From Candidatus Iainarchaeum sp. (GTDB lineage: Archaea; Iainarchaeota; Iainarchaeia; Iainarchaeales; VGJJ01): a DNA stretch of 32,000 nucleotides. Shown piece after piece: positions 1 through 7,300 of the stretch. The stretch lies in contig JAUYHT010000002.1 in assembly GCA_030688545.1 (NCBI GenBank), positions 150,001 to 182,000 of the forward strand, written 5' to 3'. The stretch's first letter is position 1, and every line of letters starts with the position of its first letter. A program made the position numbers and the translations under genes. The notes under the pieces were generated by a model that was not told the DNA's origin, did not search any database, and saw only the letters and a list, made by a program, of their open reading frames with translations.

Positions 1-237
1 CCCTGCAAGATGCTTTCCCCTATGCTCGAGGAAATGGAAAAGGATTTCAAGGGACGATTGATTTTTGCCAAACTTAACGTGGACGAAAACCAAGCCCTGG
101 CGCAGGAATATGGAATCATGTCCATCCCCTGCCTCGTGATGATCCAAAAGGGAAAAGAAGTGGGACGCATTGTTGGATTAATGCCCAAGGCCGAAATGAA
201 ACGGTTAATCGAAGACGAATTGAAGAAAGCTAAGTGA
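1..237 (+). CDS. trxA: thioredoxin (5' end outside window)
   Basis: The frame is open from base 1. The codons ccc tgc aag (P-C-K) are the tail of the WCGPCK active site. The rest (LIFAKLNVDENQALAQEYGIMSIPCLVMIQKGKEV) is a typical thioredoxin fold. Stop TGA at 235-237. Confidence 0.9.
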   Translation, partial: PCKMLSPMLEEMEKDFKGRLIFAKLNVDENQALAQEYGIMSIPCLVMIQKGKEVGRIVGLMPKAEMKRLIEDELKKAK

Positions 238-238
238 T

Positions 239-910
239 TTACGCCTCGAGATAGAAACCCTTTTTGGTCCGGCGGAGCTTCACAACCAATTTTTTCTTGG
301 AAATAACCCTGGGGGATATGACCCACACCTTATGGGGGCCTTGCCGCGCTTCGTAGGCACGCCATGCTCCTACCACATACCGTTCGTTCAATGCGTCGGG
401 GGAGAAAAAAAAAGTTTGGTCGGCCGAGAATAGATGTACCGCTTCCCGCAAGTCAAATTTTTTCTTTCCTCGAGCGATTTTCACCCTGGATTCTTGAGCG
501 TGTTTGGCAGCCCACGCACGAATACGGGAGGAAATTCCTTTTTTGGATCGGGAGAATGTGGCATGAATACGCGCGGCCACACGGCGTTTCTTTTTCTTGA
601 GCGAGTGGCGGGCTCGCGATGGGGCGTGGCGGAGGCGGTGGGCGAATAGGGAGGGGAAAGAGAGGATGCCCTCGCACATGGCCTTTAATACGCGTCCCAC
701 GGAAGGGATGCGGCGCTCCTGCTGGTAGATGGAGAACAAGGTGGACCCGAAATAAAGAGCAAGGAGCGCGAGAAAAAACCGCACGAGAAAACCTACATCC
801 CCGAAAGGGGACCAGACACCCAGAAAACCGAATGGCATGGGAAAGGAAACGAGGGGGAGAATTAAAGGCTGCCCTCGAAATGCGTCTAGTATGCTATTTC
901 TATGGTTCAA
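239..910 (-). CDS. hypothetical membrane protein with a very basic (K/R-rich) central region
   Basis: 223-aa ORF with a hydrophobic N-terminal third (LVRFFLALLALYFGSTLF) followed by K/R-rich stretches. The track start at 910 is TTG; the first ATG is at 838. No family recognised. Confidence 0.45.
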   Translation of the reverse strand: MNHRNSILDAFRGQPLILPLVSFPMPFGFLGVWSPFGDVGFLVRFFLALLALYFGSTLFSIYQQERRIPSVGRVLKAMCEGILSFPSLFAHRLRHAPSRARHSLKKKKRRVAARIHATFSRSKKGISSRIRAWAAKHAQESRVKIARGKKKFDLREAVHLFSADQTFFFSPDALNERYVVGAWRAYEARQGPHKVWVISPRVISKKKLVVKLRRTKKGFYLEA

Positions 911-970
911 GGAAATTTATATGGTTCTACTTACAGAGGTTTAAGATTGGTTAAGCGGAAGGTGGAATAT

Positions 971-1111
971 ATGAGCCCAAAAAAGACTACCATCCAAAAA
1001 ACTGAAAATATCCAATTGAAACGGTTGGAGAAACTCGATTTCGATCTAATCCACCAATTCAAGGATTCACTCAATGATTTGAAGGAAGGGCGATTTAGGC
1101 GCCTCGCATGA
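971..1111 (+). CDS. small hypothetical protein (46 aa); tail faintly resembles RelB-type antitoxin C-termini
   Basis: ATG at 971 lies inside track ORF 902..1111 and is preceded by aaggtgg. The tail DSLNDLKEGRFRRLA resembles antitoxin C-terminal motifs, but there is no adjacent toxin. Confidence 0.3.
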   Translation: MSPKKTTIQKTENIQLKRLEKLDFDLIHQFKDSLNDLKEGRFRRLA

Positions 1112-1149
1112 GGATTATTTTGAGCCAAGCGGTTCAATAGAAATGATAA

Positions 1150-1896
1150 TTACCCATGTGCGCCGAACCAGGCGCCGATGAGATATCCCACGAGGGCGGC
1201 GAGGCCGCCGATGAGGGCCAATTCTAATCCCGACCGCCACCAGGGGACTTTGGTGAATTTTCCTTTCCACGCCCCCGCGAGGAATAGAACTAGCAGGGAG
1301 AAAAGCAATGATATTGGAACCGCCATTGACACCGGGAAAAAGAAAAAAGGGAATAGGGGGAAGATGGCCCCCACGTGCGCGGCGATCCCCACCAGGATGC
1401 CCGAACGCAAGGGGGATTGGCGCTCAGGAAAAATCTTCAATTCCTCCTGCATCATCGTATCGAGCCAGCGGGCGCGGTTGGCGGTGATTTTTGTCACGAT
1501 GTATTCCAGGTGTTTTCCAGTGAATCCTTTGGCGCGGTAGATGCTGCGGACTTCTGCTTTCTCCTCATCGGGAAAATGGTCTATTTCTTGCATCTCGCGA
1601 CGGCGTTCCTTGTCATAGTATTCCTGCGCGGCCTTGGAGGAGGTGTAGGCCACGGCCCCCATGGAGATGCCTTCAGCGAACATGGCGGCCAGCCCCGCAA
1701 TGATGACGAGGCGCGCATCCTGCGTGGCGGTGGCGACACCGAGGATTAAACCTAATGTATTCACTAACCCATCCTGACCCCCCAGGATGGCATCGCGCAA
1801 CCATTCCCCTTTCACGGAATCGTTATTCTCGATGGGGTGATGCGGTCGGCGACGAGGGAAACGTGAATGGCTCTTTTTCTTCCGGGAAACCCGCAT
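1150..1896 (-). CDS. VIT1/CCC1-family iron/manganese transporter
   Basis: Carries the LGGQDGLVNTLGLILGVA signature, a cytosolic acidic helix region (EYYDKERRREMQEIDHFPDEE) and C-terminal TM helices. Confidence 0.85.
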   Translation of the reverse strand: MRVSRKKKSHSRFPRRRPHHPIENNDSVKGEWLRDAILGGQDGLVNTLGLILGVATATQDARLVIIAGLAAMFAEGISMGAVAYTSSKAAQEYYDKERRREMQEIDHFPDEEKAEVRSIYRAKGFTGKHLEYIVTKITANRARWLDTMMQEELKIFPERQSPLRSGILVGIAAHVGAIFPLFPFFFFPVSMAVPISLLFSLLVLFLAGAWKGKFTKVPWWRSGLELALIGGLAALVGYLIGAWFGAHG

Positions 1897-1918
1897 AGAT
1901 TTTCCAATGCGCGCGACT

Positions 1919-1927
1919 ATTTAATGA
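1919..1927 (-). promoter_or_regulatory. TATA-like box for the VIT1 gene
   Basis: The minus strand reads ATTAAATAG, centred about 27 nt upstream of the ATG at 1896. Confidence 0.35.
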
Positions 1928-2000
1928 ATGCCTCCCCGACCTAAAGGAGGGGCATCCTTCATCGAAAAACGCCAAATGCCCTAAGGGCGTTGTATCGGCT

Positions 2001-2160
2001 TTTTGATCAACTTTTTTTCCAAAAAAAAAGGCCCGTTTTTTGATCGAACTTATTATTAAAAAGTTCGTTTGATGAAACTTTTTTTCTCAAGAGTAGGGTT
2101 TTTGATCAAACTTTTTCTCAAAAAGTTTGATGATGAAGCTTTTTCTAAAAAAGTTTGAGG
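2001..2160. repeat. head-to-tail array of five (plus a partial sixth) ~31-bp A/T-rich units, TTTGAT(C/G)AAACTTTTT..AAAAAG
   Basis: Units start near 2001, 2036, 2068, 2099 and 2126, with a partial one at 2154. Four of the five fold as hairpins, for example TCAAACTTTTT-CTC-AAAAAGTTTGA (2106-2130, 11 bp perfect) and CGAACTT-9nt-AAGTTCG (2045-2067). Confidence 0.8.
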
Positions 2161-2167
2161 GGAAGAA

Positions 2168-3073
2168 TCACGCGGGCGCGTCTTGGGTTTCGAAGGAAGG
2201 GGTTCCATTCTCCCCATCTCCCGGAGTGGCCACCGCCACCATGATTTCTCCGAATAGATCATCCTGCCACGCGTTCACACGCTTTTCATGAAGGAGAAAG
2301 AGGAGCGAGAGGAAGAAATCGATTACCTCATGGGAAGAGCGCCCGTGCACGATGGAGTGGAAACGCGCGAACCCTGATTCGTCCGCGTGGCGGGGGATGA
2401 GGTCCATGAATTCCTCCATCTTGCCCTCAAGATTCATTTTGGGGATGGGGAGTGAAAATGCCTGATGGGATTTGCCCTCGCGTTCCTTCTGCGCTTTGGC
2501 CTTCGTCTTTTCGAGAATGGATTCAATGCTCTCCACGAGCATATCTAACGTGACTTTTCCTTCACGAGAAAAGCGTGGGGGAAGGAGTTCGGGCATCATG
2601 CCCCCCAATAATTCTTCCTCGGTGAGGAGTGCGCGAAGCTCAATTCCTTCTTCCTCCAGGGATGAAAGACGCAAGGCGCGTGCCTTGAACTTGAGGAGGA
2701 TGGCGGATGCCAGGATGGCATTGGCGGGGAGACGCAAGTCTGTGGATTGGAGGGAACGGATTTTCTCCAAATATTTGTGGGCCAACTCCTTCACGTCGAT
2801 ATTCCATGGATCCATCCGCTCGCGTTTCACTAGTGAAATTAGAATGGTCTTCCACGCGGGCTGGTCGATGAGATCCACCATGTCTTCCGTTTTATTTATT
2901 TGGGCGGAAGGATTTTCCATCAACTCGACGCCCTCGAAATCGGCATCTGGATCGTCAACCTTCTTTTTTTCAGTCACCCGTTTTCGATGGGACCGCGCAG
3001 TCATCCTTCGGGGGAGGGGGATTATCCATATAATCCTGTCTTTTGGGGGAGGGAAATTTTCTTCAATGGTCAT
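2168..3073 (-). CDS. scpA: segregation and condensation protein A (kleisin ScpA)
   Basis: MDPWNIDVKELAHKYLEKIRSLQSTDLRLPANAILASAILLKFKARAL matches the ScpA N-terminal domain. An alternative ATG at 3004 (MTARSH) would leave room for a divergent promoter. Confidence 0.8.
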   Translation of the reverse strand: MTIEENFPPPKDRIIWIIPLPRRMTARSHRKRVTEKKKVDDPDADFEGVELMENPSAQINKTEDMVDLIDQPAWKTILISLVKRERMDPWNIDVKELAHKYLEKIRSLQSTDLRLPANAILASAILLKFKARALRLSSLEEEGIELRALLTEEELLGGMMPELLPPRFSREGKVTLDMLVESIESILEKTKAKAQKEREGKSHQAFSLPIPKMNLEGKMEEFMDLIPRHADESGFARFHSIVHGRSSHEVIDFFLSLLFLLHEKRVNAWQDDLFGEIMVAVATPGDGENGTPSFETQDAPA

Positions 3074-3154
3074 TATATGGGGAAAAAAAATGCTATGGAA
3101 AACAATGGTTCTTGGGGGAAATCGTTTCAGGAAGGCCTAAACGGGCCCCACGGC

Positions 3155-3162
3155 TTTTTATT
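3155..3162 (+). promoter_or_regulatory. TATA-like box upstream of the KaiC-like ATPase gene
   Basis: TTTTTATT lies about 27 nt upstream of the in-frame ATG at 3185. Confidence 0.35.
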
Positions 3163-3172
3163 CCCCGAGAGA

Positions 3173-3901
3173 ATGGCTCGGAGTATGAAGCGCATGGCCT
3201 CCGGGGTGCCGGGATTTGACGAGCTGGTGGAAGGGGGTTTTCCGGAAGGGGCATCGGTGCTCATCAGCGGTGGACCAGGGGCGGGAAAAACCATTTTCGC
3301 GATGCAATACATCTATGAGGGGGCCCGCTCGTACAACGAACCCGGGTTGTATGTCACCCTCGAAACGGGTTTGAAGGACATCACCTGGAACATGCAGAGC
3401 TTCCGGTGGGATATCAAATCCCTTCAAGACAAAAACATGATGAAGATTTACCGGCTTAATTTTTCCCCTACTAATTCCACGGAGGAGGTGGAGGACCAAA
3501 TCTCAAAAGAATTGTCGATTATCACCAAGATGGTTGACTCCATCGACGCCAAACGCCTGGTGATTGATTCCACCACCGCCTTCGGGGTTTGGGTCAAAGA
3601 CCATGGGGCTCTGCGCCACCTCCTCTTCGAATTCGTGAATGGCCTAAAGGATATTGGATGCACCACCCTCCTCACGAGCGAAGTAGCAGGAGAAGATCGG
3701 AACAAGTTTTCCGCTTTTGGGGTGGAAGAGTTTGTGGTTGATGGAGTGGTGGCCCTGTATTTCATCCCTCCTAACCGGAGCATTTTCGTGCGTAAACTCA
3801 GGGGAACGGACCATTCTAAAGCCGTTCATGCCTTCGACATTGAAGAAAACGGCATCGTCGTCAGGCCTAAGGATGAAATTCCCTGGGGCGGGTTGCGTTA
3901 A
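3173..3901 (+). CDS. single-domain KaiC-like / RecA-superfamily ATPase
   Basis: GVPGFDELVEGGFPEGASVLISGGPGAGKT (Walker A) and LVIDS (Walker B-like). The first 91 codons of the track ORF (from 2900) overlap scpA and are rejected. In-frame ATGs at 3173, 3185 and 3194 are all possible starts. Confidence 0.85.
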   Translation: MARSMKRMASGVPGFDELVEGGFPEGASVLISGGPGAGKTIFAMQYIYEGARSYNEPGLYVTLETGLKDITWNMQSFRWDIKSLQDKNMMKIYRLNFSPTNSTEEVEDQISKELSIITKMVDSIDAKRLVIDSTTAFGVWVKDHGALRHLLFEFVNGLKDIGCTTLLTSEVAGEDRNKFSAFGVEEFVVDGVVALYFIPPNRSIFVRKLRGTDHSKAVHAFDIEENGIVVRPKDEIPWGGLR

Positions 3902-3972
3902 CACCCATCCAAAAGAAAGAATTTTATTCTCAAGAGGAGTTGGATGGGGCAGGGTTGTACTGGAGGAGTTGG

Positions 3973-4365
3973 ATGAATCGGGTTAAGGTTTGTGGGATTA
4001 TAGGGTTGGGAATCGTCATCGGTTTGATTTTTATGGGAAGTCTTGTGGTCGCGCGCCAACCGGAAGGCGCCCCCCAACGGGTGTGGGTGACGAACAAACA
4101 CGACGGCCAGAGTTTTGCTATGTTTTTGCTGGCCACGGGAAGGGTATCCAGGTGCCACGATACGGATGGGGGGATCAACCCTATGATATTCGGCACACTC
4201 TATGCCACTAATTGGGAAGGAAGCGGGACGCGGCACCTCACGGAATACTGGACGTCCTCTCGAAGAATAAGGGAGTTCGCGTGCGGGAAAGATATATTTA
4301 TCAATGGCATTCGGGGAGACCCCCACCTGGCCTATGCCTTCGATTTCTACCGTTTTCCCCACTAA
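3973..4365 (+). CDS. secreted/membrane-anchored hypothetical protein, paralogue A
   Basis: ATG at 3973 follows GGAGGAGTTGG. N-terminal signal/TM segment is MNRVKVCGIIGLGIVIGLIFMG. Shares C.D.D.G..P...G...R.HL.EY.T...IREFACG.DI.I.G..GDP..AYAFD with the next ORF. The track start at 3940 is TTG. Confidence 0.6.
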   Translation: MNRVKVCGIIGLGIVIGLIFMGSLVVARQPEGAPQRVWVTNKHDGQSFAMFLLATGRVSRCHDTDGGINPMIFGTLYATNWEGSGTRHLTEYWTSSRRIREFACGKDIFINGIRGDPHLAYAFDFYRFPH

Positions 4366-4430
4366 ACCAGGGCCAGAACCCATAAAAACTCCAACATCCA
4401 TCGAGGGACATTACCTCAGGAGGTTTCAGG

Positions 4431-4853
4431 ATGAAACGAAATATGATGATAGGAATAATTCTCCTTGCCCTGCTCGCATTTGGCGGGTTGGCCCTGGCGC
4501 GGGATCCCCAGACCATCCCACCCGGGTCGTGGGTGGAGAACCTGGACGATGGTTCAGGGTATTTTGCCGATGTGTTGATGGCAGCCAATGTTGATAATTG
4601 TGTCGATTCGGATGAGGGGATGAAGCCCCTTGAGATGGGAAGCATTGATGTCACCATGCCTGGGGCGAACCGAGCGCGACACTTAGGGGAATATAATACT
4701 CCCACCGGGAAAATTCGCGAATTCGCCTGCGGAAGTGATATCCTGATTGATGGCCAACCGGGAGATCCCGGGAAAGCGTATGCATTTGATTACACGCCCA
4801 GCCCCCCCATCCAGAAAGGGAATCAGACCGCATTCAATATCCAGACAATATAG
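4431..4853 (+). CDS. secreted hypothetical protein, paralogue B
   Basis: GGAGG at 4419-4423 lies 7 nt before the ATG. Signal peptide is MKRNMMIGIILLALLAFGGLALA. The conserved block RHLGEYNTPTGKIREFACGSDILIDGQPGDPGKAYAFDY aligns with paralogue A. Confidence 0.7.
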   Translation: MKRNMMIGIILLALLAFGGLALARDPQTIPPGSWVENLDDGSGYFADVLMAANVDNCVDSDEGMKPLEMGSIDVTMPGANRARHLGEYNTPTGKIREFACGSDILIDGQPGDPGKAYAFDYTPSPPIQKGNQTAFNIQTI

Positions 4854-4861
4854 TGAAGAAT

Positions 4862-4896
4862 GGGGGGCGCGGCCCCTCTCTTTATTTTCTTTTTTA
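4862..4896 (+). terminator. GC hairpin plus T-rich tract downstream of paralogue B
   Basis: GGGGGGCGCGGCCCC is followed by TCTCTTTATTTTCTTTTTT. Oligo-T tracts act as archaeal termination signals. Confidence 0.4.
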
Positions 4897-4988
4897 ACTT
4901 TGCCCTATGAGAAGAAACATTTCAGCATGGTCATTTTTATCATAATGACCCCTCGATCCAAACGCTGGTAATTCCACGATATTATAAT

Positions 4989-5624
4989 TCACTTCACCAT
5001 GTTCTCGATAAAGGGTTTCACCTGCGCCACCACATCCCGGTGAACGGATTCAATGGTTTGGTTGGCATTGATGAAGACAATATTTTCCTTGGGAAGCTTT
5101 TGGGGGAGCTGGGCGAATTCGTTCTTGACCCGTTCCAAGAAAGCGCGCTTCTCGAATTTGGCCAACGGCTTCCCGGCCTTCTCCATGCGGGAAACGCTCT
5201 CCTCCACGGGAATGTTGAATATCAGCACCAGATCGGGGATGGGAAAACCCTCATTCTCCTTGATGGCATGGGAAGAGAGAACCCCCTGCGCGGTTTGGTA
5301 GGCGATGGTGGCGTATTTGTACCGGTCGCAAATGATGAGAGCTCCTTGCTCCAGCATGGGGGCGATGATATGGTCGACATGATCCTCCCTATCTAAGACA
5401 AATAGTTCGAGCATGCGCTCCTTTTGGGTCGACGAGTCATCCGCTGTCTTGAACAGGCGCTCGTGGATCTCTTTCCCAAATTTGGAACCAGTGTATTCCT
5501 TGGTTAATACAATGGTGAATACGGGCTTGTAATGGTTGAACACCCATTCAGCCAGCTTTCCCGCCTGCACCGTTTTTCCACTCCCATCAATTCCATCCAG
5601 GACGATAAACAATCCCTTTCCCAT
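4989..5624 (-). CDS. tmk: thymidylate (dTMP) kinase
   Basis: LFIVLDGIDGSGKT P-loop plus the typical dTMP kinase layout. The ATG at 5624 is chosen; the track start at 5666 is TTG and overlaps adk. Confidence 0.9.
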   Translation of the reverse strand: MGKGLFIVLDGIDGSGKTVQAGKLAEWVFNHYKPVFTIVLTKEYTGSKFGKEIHERLFKTADDSSTQKERMLELFVLDREDHVDHIIAPMLEQGALIICDRYKYATIAYQTAQGVLSSHAIKENEGFPIPDLVLIFNIPVEESVSRMEKAGKPLAKFEKRAFLERVKNEFAQLPQKLPKENIVFINANQTIESVHRDVVAQVKPFIENMVK

Positions 5625-5629
5625 GCCAA

Positions 5630-6298
5630 CTACCTTCCTTTTTTCTTTTTTGGGCGAGTTCTCCAATTATCCAAGAGCCGCACAACCCGTTTAAATACGG
5701 TGGTAGGAGACCCTTTCCCATTGACTTCAAACACGGGATACCGCTCCGCGGCCCAATCGAGTAAGGGAAGGGTTTGCGTCCTATAAACGCGAAAGCGCTC
5801 ACGGATGACAGCAGGTTTATCATCGTCGCGCCGAATAAGCTTCCCGCCATCCGCATCGCACACTCCTACTTTTTTAGATGGATTCTGTTTTCCATACACG
5901 CGACCGCACATGGCGCATTGACGTCTGTTCGCCAGGCGTGCTACTACTTCATTCGTGGAAACTTCAAGAAAAATAAAGGCATCGAAATCCATTCCCAGAG
6001 GATTTAAACGGGTTCGGGCTCCCTTTCCCTGGGCGAGGTTCCGGGGAAACCCGTCGAAAAGGACGTTTTTTCCTTCCAATCGGGATAGGTTTTCCTGGAG
6101 AACATGATACGTGATGGCATCGGAGGCGAGATGACCTTTCGATAACAAGGTATCGATGCGCGCCGCGAATTTTCCTTTTCGCGCGGCATGATCACGCAAA
6201 GCTTGACCCGTGGAAAAGTGAACCCATCCTTTCTTGGTGAGCAACTGCGCAATCGTTCCTTTTCCCGAGCCGGGGGGGCCCATTAAGACGAGGTTCAT
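5630..6298 (-). CDS. adk: adenylate kinase, long-LID bacterial-type with a CxxC...CxxD zinc motif
   Basis: MNLVLMGPPGSGKGT P-loop, GFPRNLAQ, and LID segment RRQCAMCGRVY...VCDADGGKLIRRDDD. Confidence 0.9.
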   Translation of the reverse strand: MNLVLMGPPGSGKGTIAQLLTKKGWVHFSTGQALRDHAARKGKFAARIDTLLSKGHLASDAITYHVLQENLSRLEGKNVLFDGFPRNLAQGKGARTRLNPLGMDFDAFIFLEVSTNEVVARLANRRQCAMCGRVYGKQNPSKKVGVCDADGGKLIRRDDDKPAVIRERFRVYRTQTLPLLDWAAERYPVFEVNGKGSPTTVFKRVVRLLDNWRTRPKKKKGR

Positions 6299-7248
6299 GC
6301 CACTGCCCTCACCCGGTTTTTTTTAGGGGGTTGACGAATGGGCTTATTGGTTTTGGTGATACGTTTTCGAATGAATGACACCGAATGAATTTTTCGACGA
6401 GCGGATTTTGTTTGACCCACCTTGATTCCCACGCACACCTGTTGCACACTGGGAGAGAAATCGCTGACCTTCCGGAAGAAGGATATGCGCCAGGAACGAG
6501 TGGAATTGGAAAGAGATTCTGTAATGGCCGTGCGCAAAGAAATCTCTCCTCCATCCTTGGGCATGAACGCATACAAATGAATTAACCCCCCCTTGGGGGA
6601 AACCCATTCCACGGCCCGCGCGAGATAGGTGATGGCCGTCTCAGGGGCGGGCATGATCACGTGATCAAATTCAGGGATTGGGGAAATCTTGGAAATATCG
6701 CCCTGAAGAGGAACGATAATATTTTCCACTTTATTGCGCCTGATATTTTCATTCAGGAAAGGAATTGCTTGAGGATTCCATTCGATGGCCATAACACGAA
6801 TGGGATGGGCATGTTTGGCAATGGTTATAGCAAAAGGCCCTACGCCCGCGAAGAACACGCATACCTGTTGGCCTTTTTTTATGTCAGCGGCCACCCGTTG
6901 GCGCTCGGTGCCCAAGCGGGGATTGAAAAAGGCTTCCCCCACTTCCACTGCGAACACGCACCCCCATTCCTTATGAAGCGTGCGCGTCCCTTTTTGGCCG
7001 GCGAGCCAACGCACGTTTTCCAAACGGAATTTCCCCCCATGCTGACCCACTTTTTCATAGACGCGCGTCAGTCTTGGGTTGGCATCTAGCAGGGCATGGG
7101 CGATTTTTTTCTTTTTCTTCTGGAGGGGTTGGGGAATCTCGATCAGGGCTAAATCCCCGACCATATCAAAGGCATAGACGGCGTGACGCTTCTCGGCCGG
7201 GGTAAGGAGGGCATCCAAACGCTTCCGGAAGGGGGTTACTGGTTCCAT
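6295..7248 (-). CDS. trm5: tRNA (guanine37-N1)-methyltransferase Trm5/Taw2-like (Met-10+ family)
   Basis: FDMVGDLALIEIP, FFNPRLGTERQRV (NPR motif) and the SAM-binding VFFAGVGPFAI. Its stop TGA overlaps the adk ATG (ATGA). The track start at 7386 is GTG and overlaps the divergent gene, so ATG 7248 is preferred. Confidence 0.85.
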   Translation of the reverse strand: MEPVTPFRKRLDALLTPAEKRHAVYAFDMVGDLALIEIPQPLQKKKKKIAHALLDANPRLTRVYEKVGQHGGKFRLENVRWLAGQKGTRTLHKEWGCVFAVEVGEAFFNPRLGTERQRVAADIKKGQQVCVFFAGVGPFAITIAKHAHPIRVMAIEWNPQAIPFLNENIRRNKVENIIVPLQGDISKISPIPEFDHVIMPAPETAITYLARAVEWVSPKGGLIHLYAFMPKDGGEISLRTAITESLSNSTRSWRISFFRKVSDFSPSVQQVCVGIKVGQTKSARRKIHSVSFIRKRITKTNKPIRQPPKKNRVRAVA

Positions 7249-7270
7249 CCCCAAAAATTGGGAATAGAAC

Positions 7271-7278
7271 TTAAAAGA
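7271..7278 (+). promoter_or_regulatory. TATA-like box for the DUF63-like gene
   Basis: TTAAAAGA lies about 26 nt upstream of ATG 7301. Confidence 0.4.
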
Positions 7279-7300
7279 ACCAAGGGTGAAAGGATGCGTG

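Noticed and set aside
364-954. Plus-strand ORFs 364..600, 434..649 and 619..954 (Gly/Arg-rich)
   Set aside because: They overlap each other and the 239..910 minus-strand ORF, and their sequence is low-complexity GRGGGG-type. Confidence in the minus-strand gene is itself only moderate, so this region as a whole deserves caution.
2001-2160. Replication origin (ORB-like repeats in an AT-rich spacer)
   Set aside because: The units do not resemble the archaeal ORB or mini-ORB consensus (GTTCCAGTGGAAA-type). No orc1/cdc6 gene is adjacent, and the units are head-to-tail rather than inverted around an unwinding element. This cannot be excluded without skew or marker-frequency data, but it is not supportable from the sequence.
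2056-2262. Track ORF 2056..2262 (-), 68 aa
   Set aside because: It is a translation of the A/T-rich tandem repeats (KKSFIKRTF-type low complexity) and overlaps the 3' end of scpA.
2900-3172. N-terminal extensions of several track ORFs (2900.., 20229.., 22798.., 7249..7386, 5625..5666, 27167..27238)
   Set aside because: The extensions start at TTG or GTG, or overlap the neighbouring divergent or upstream gene. They are compositionally odd, and conserved domains begin right after an internal ATG that has proper TATA or SD context.
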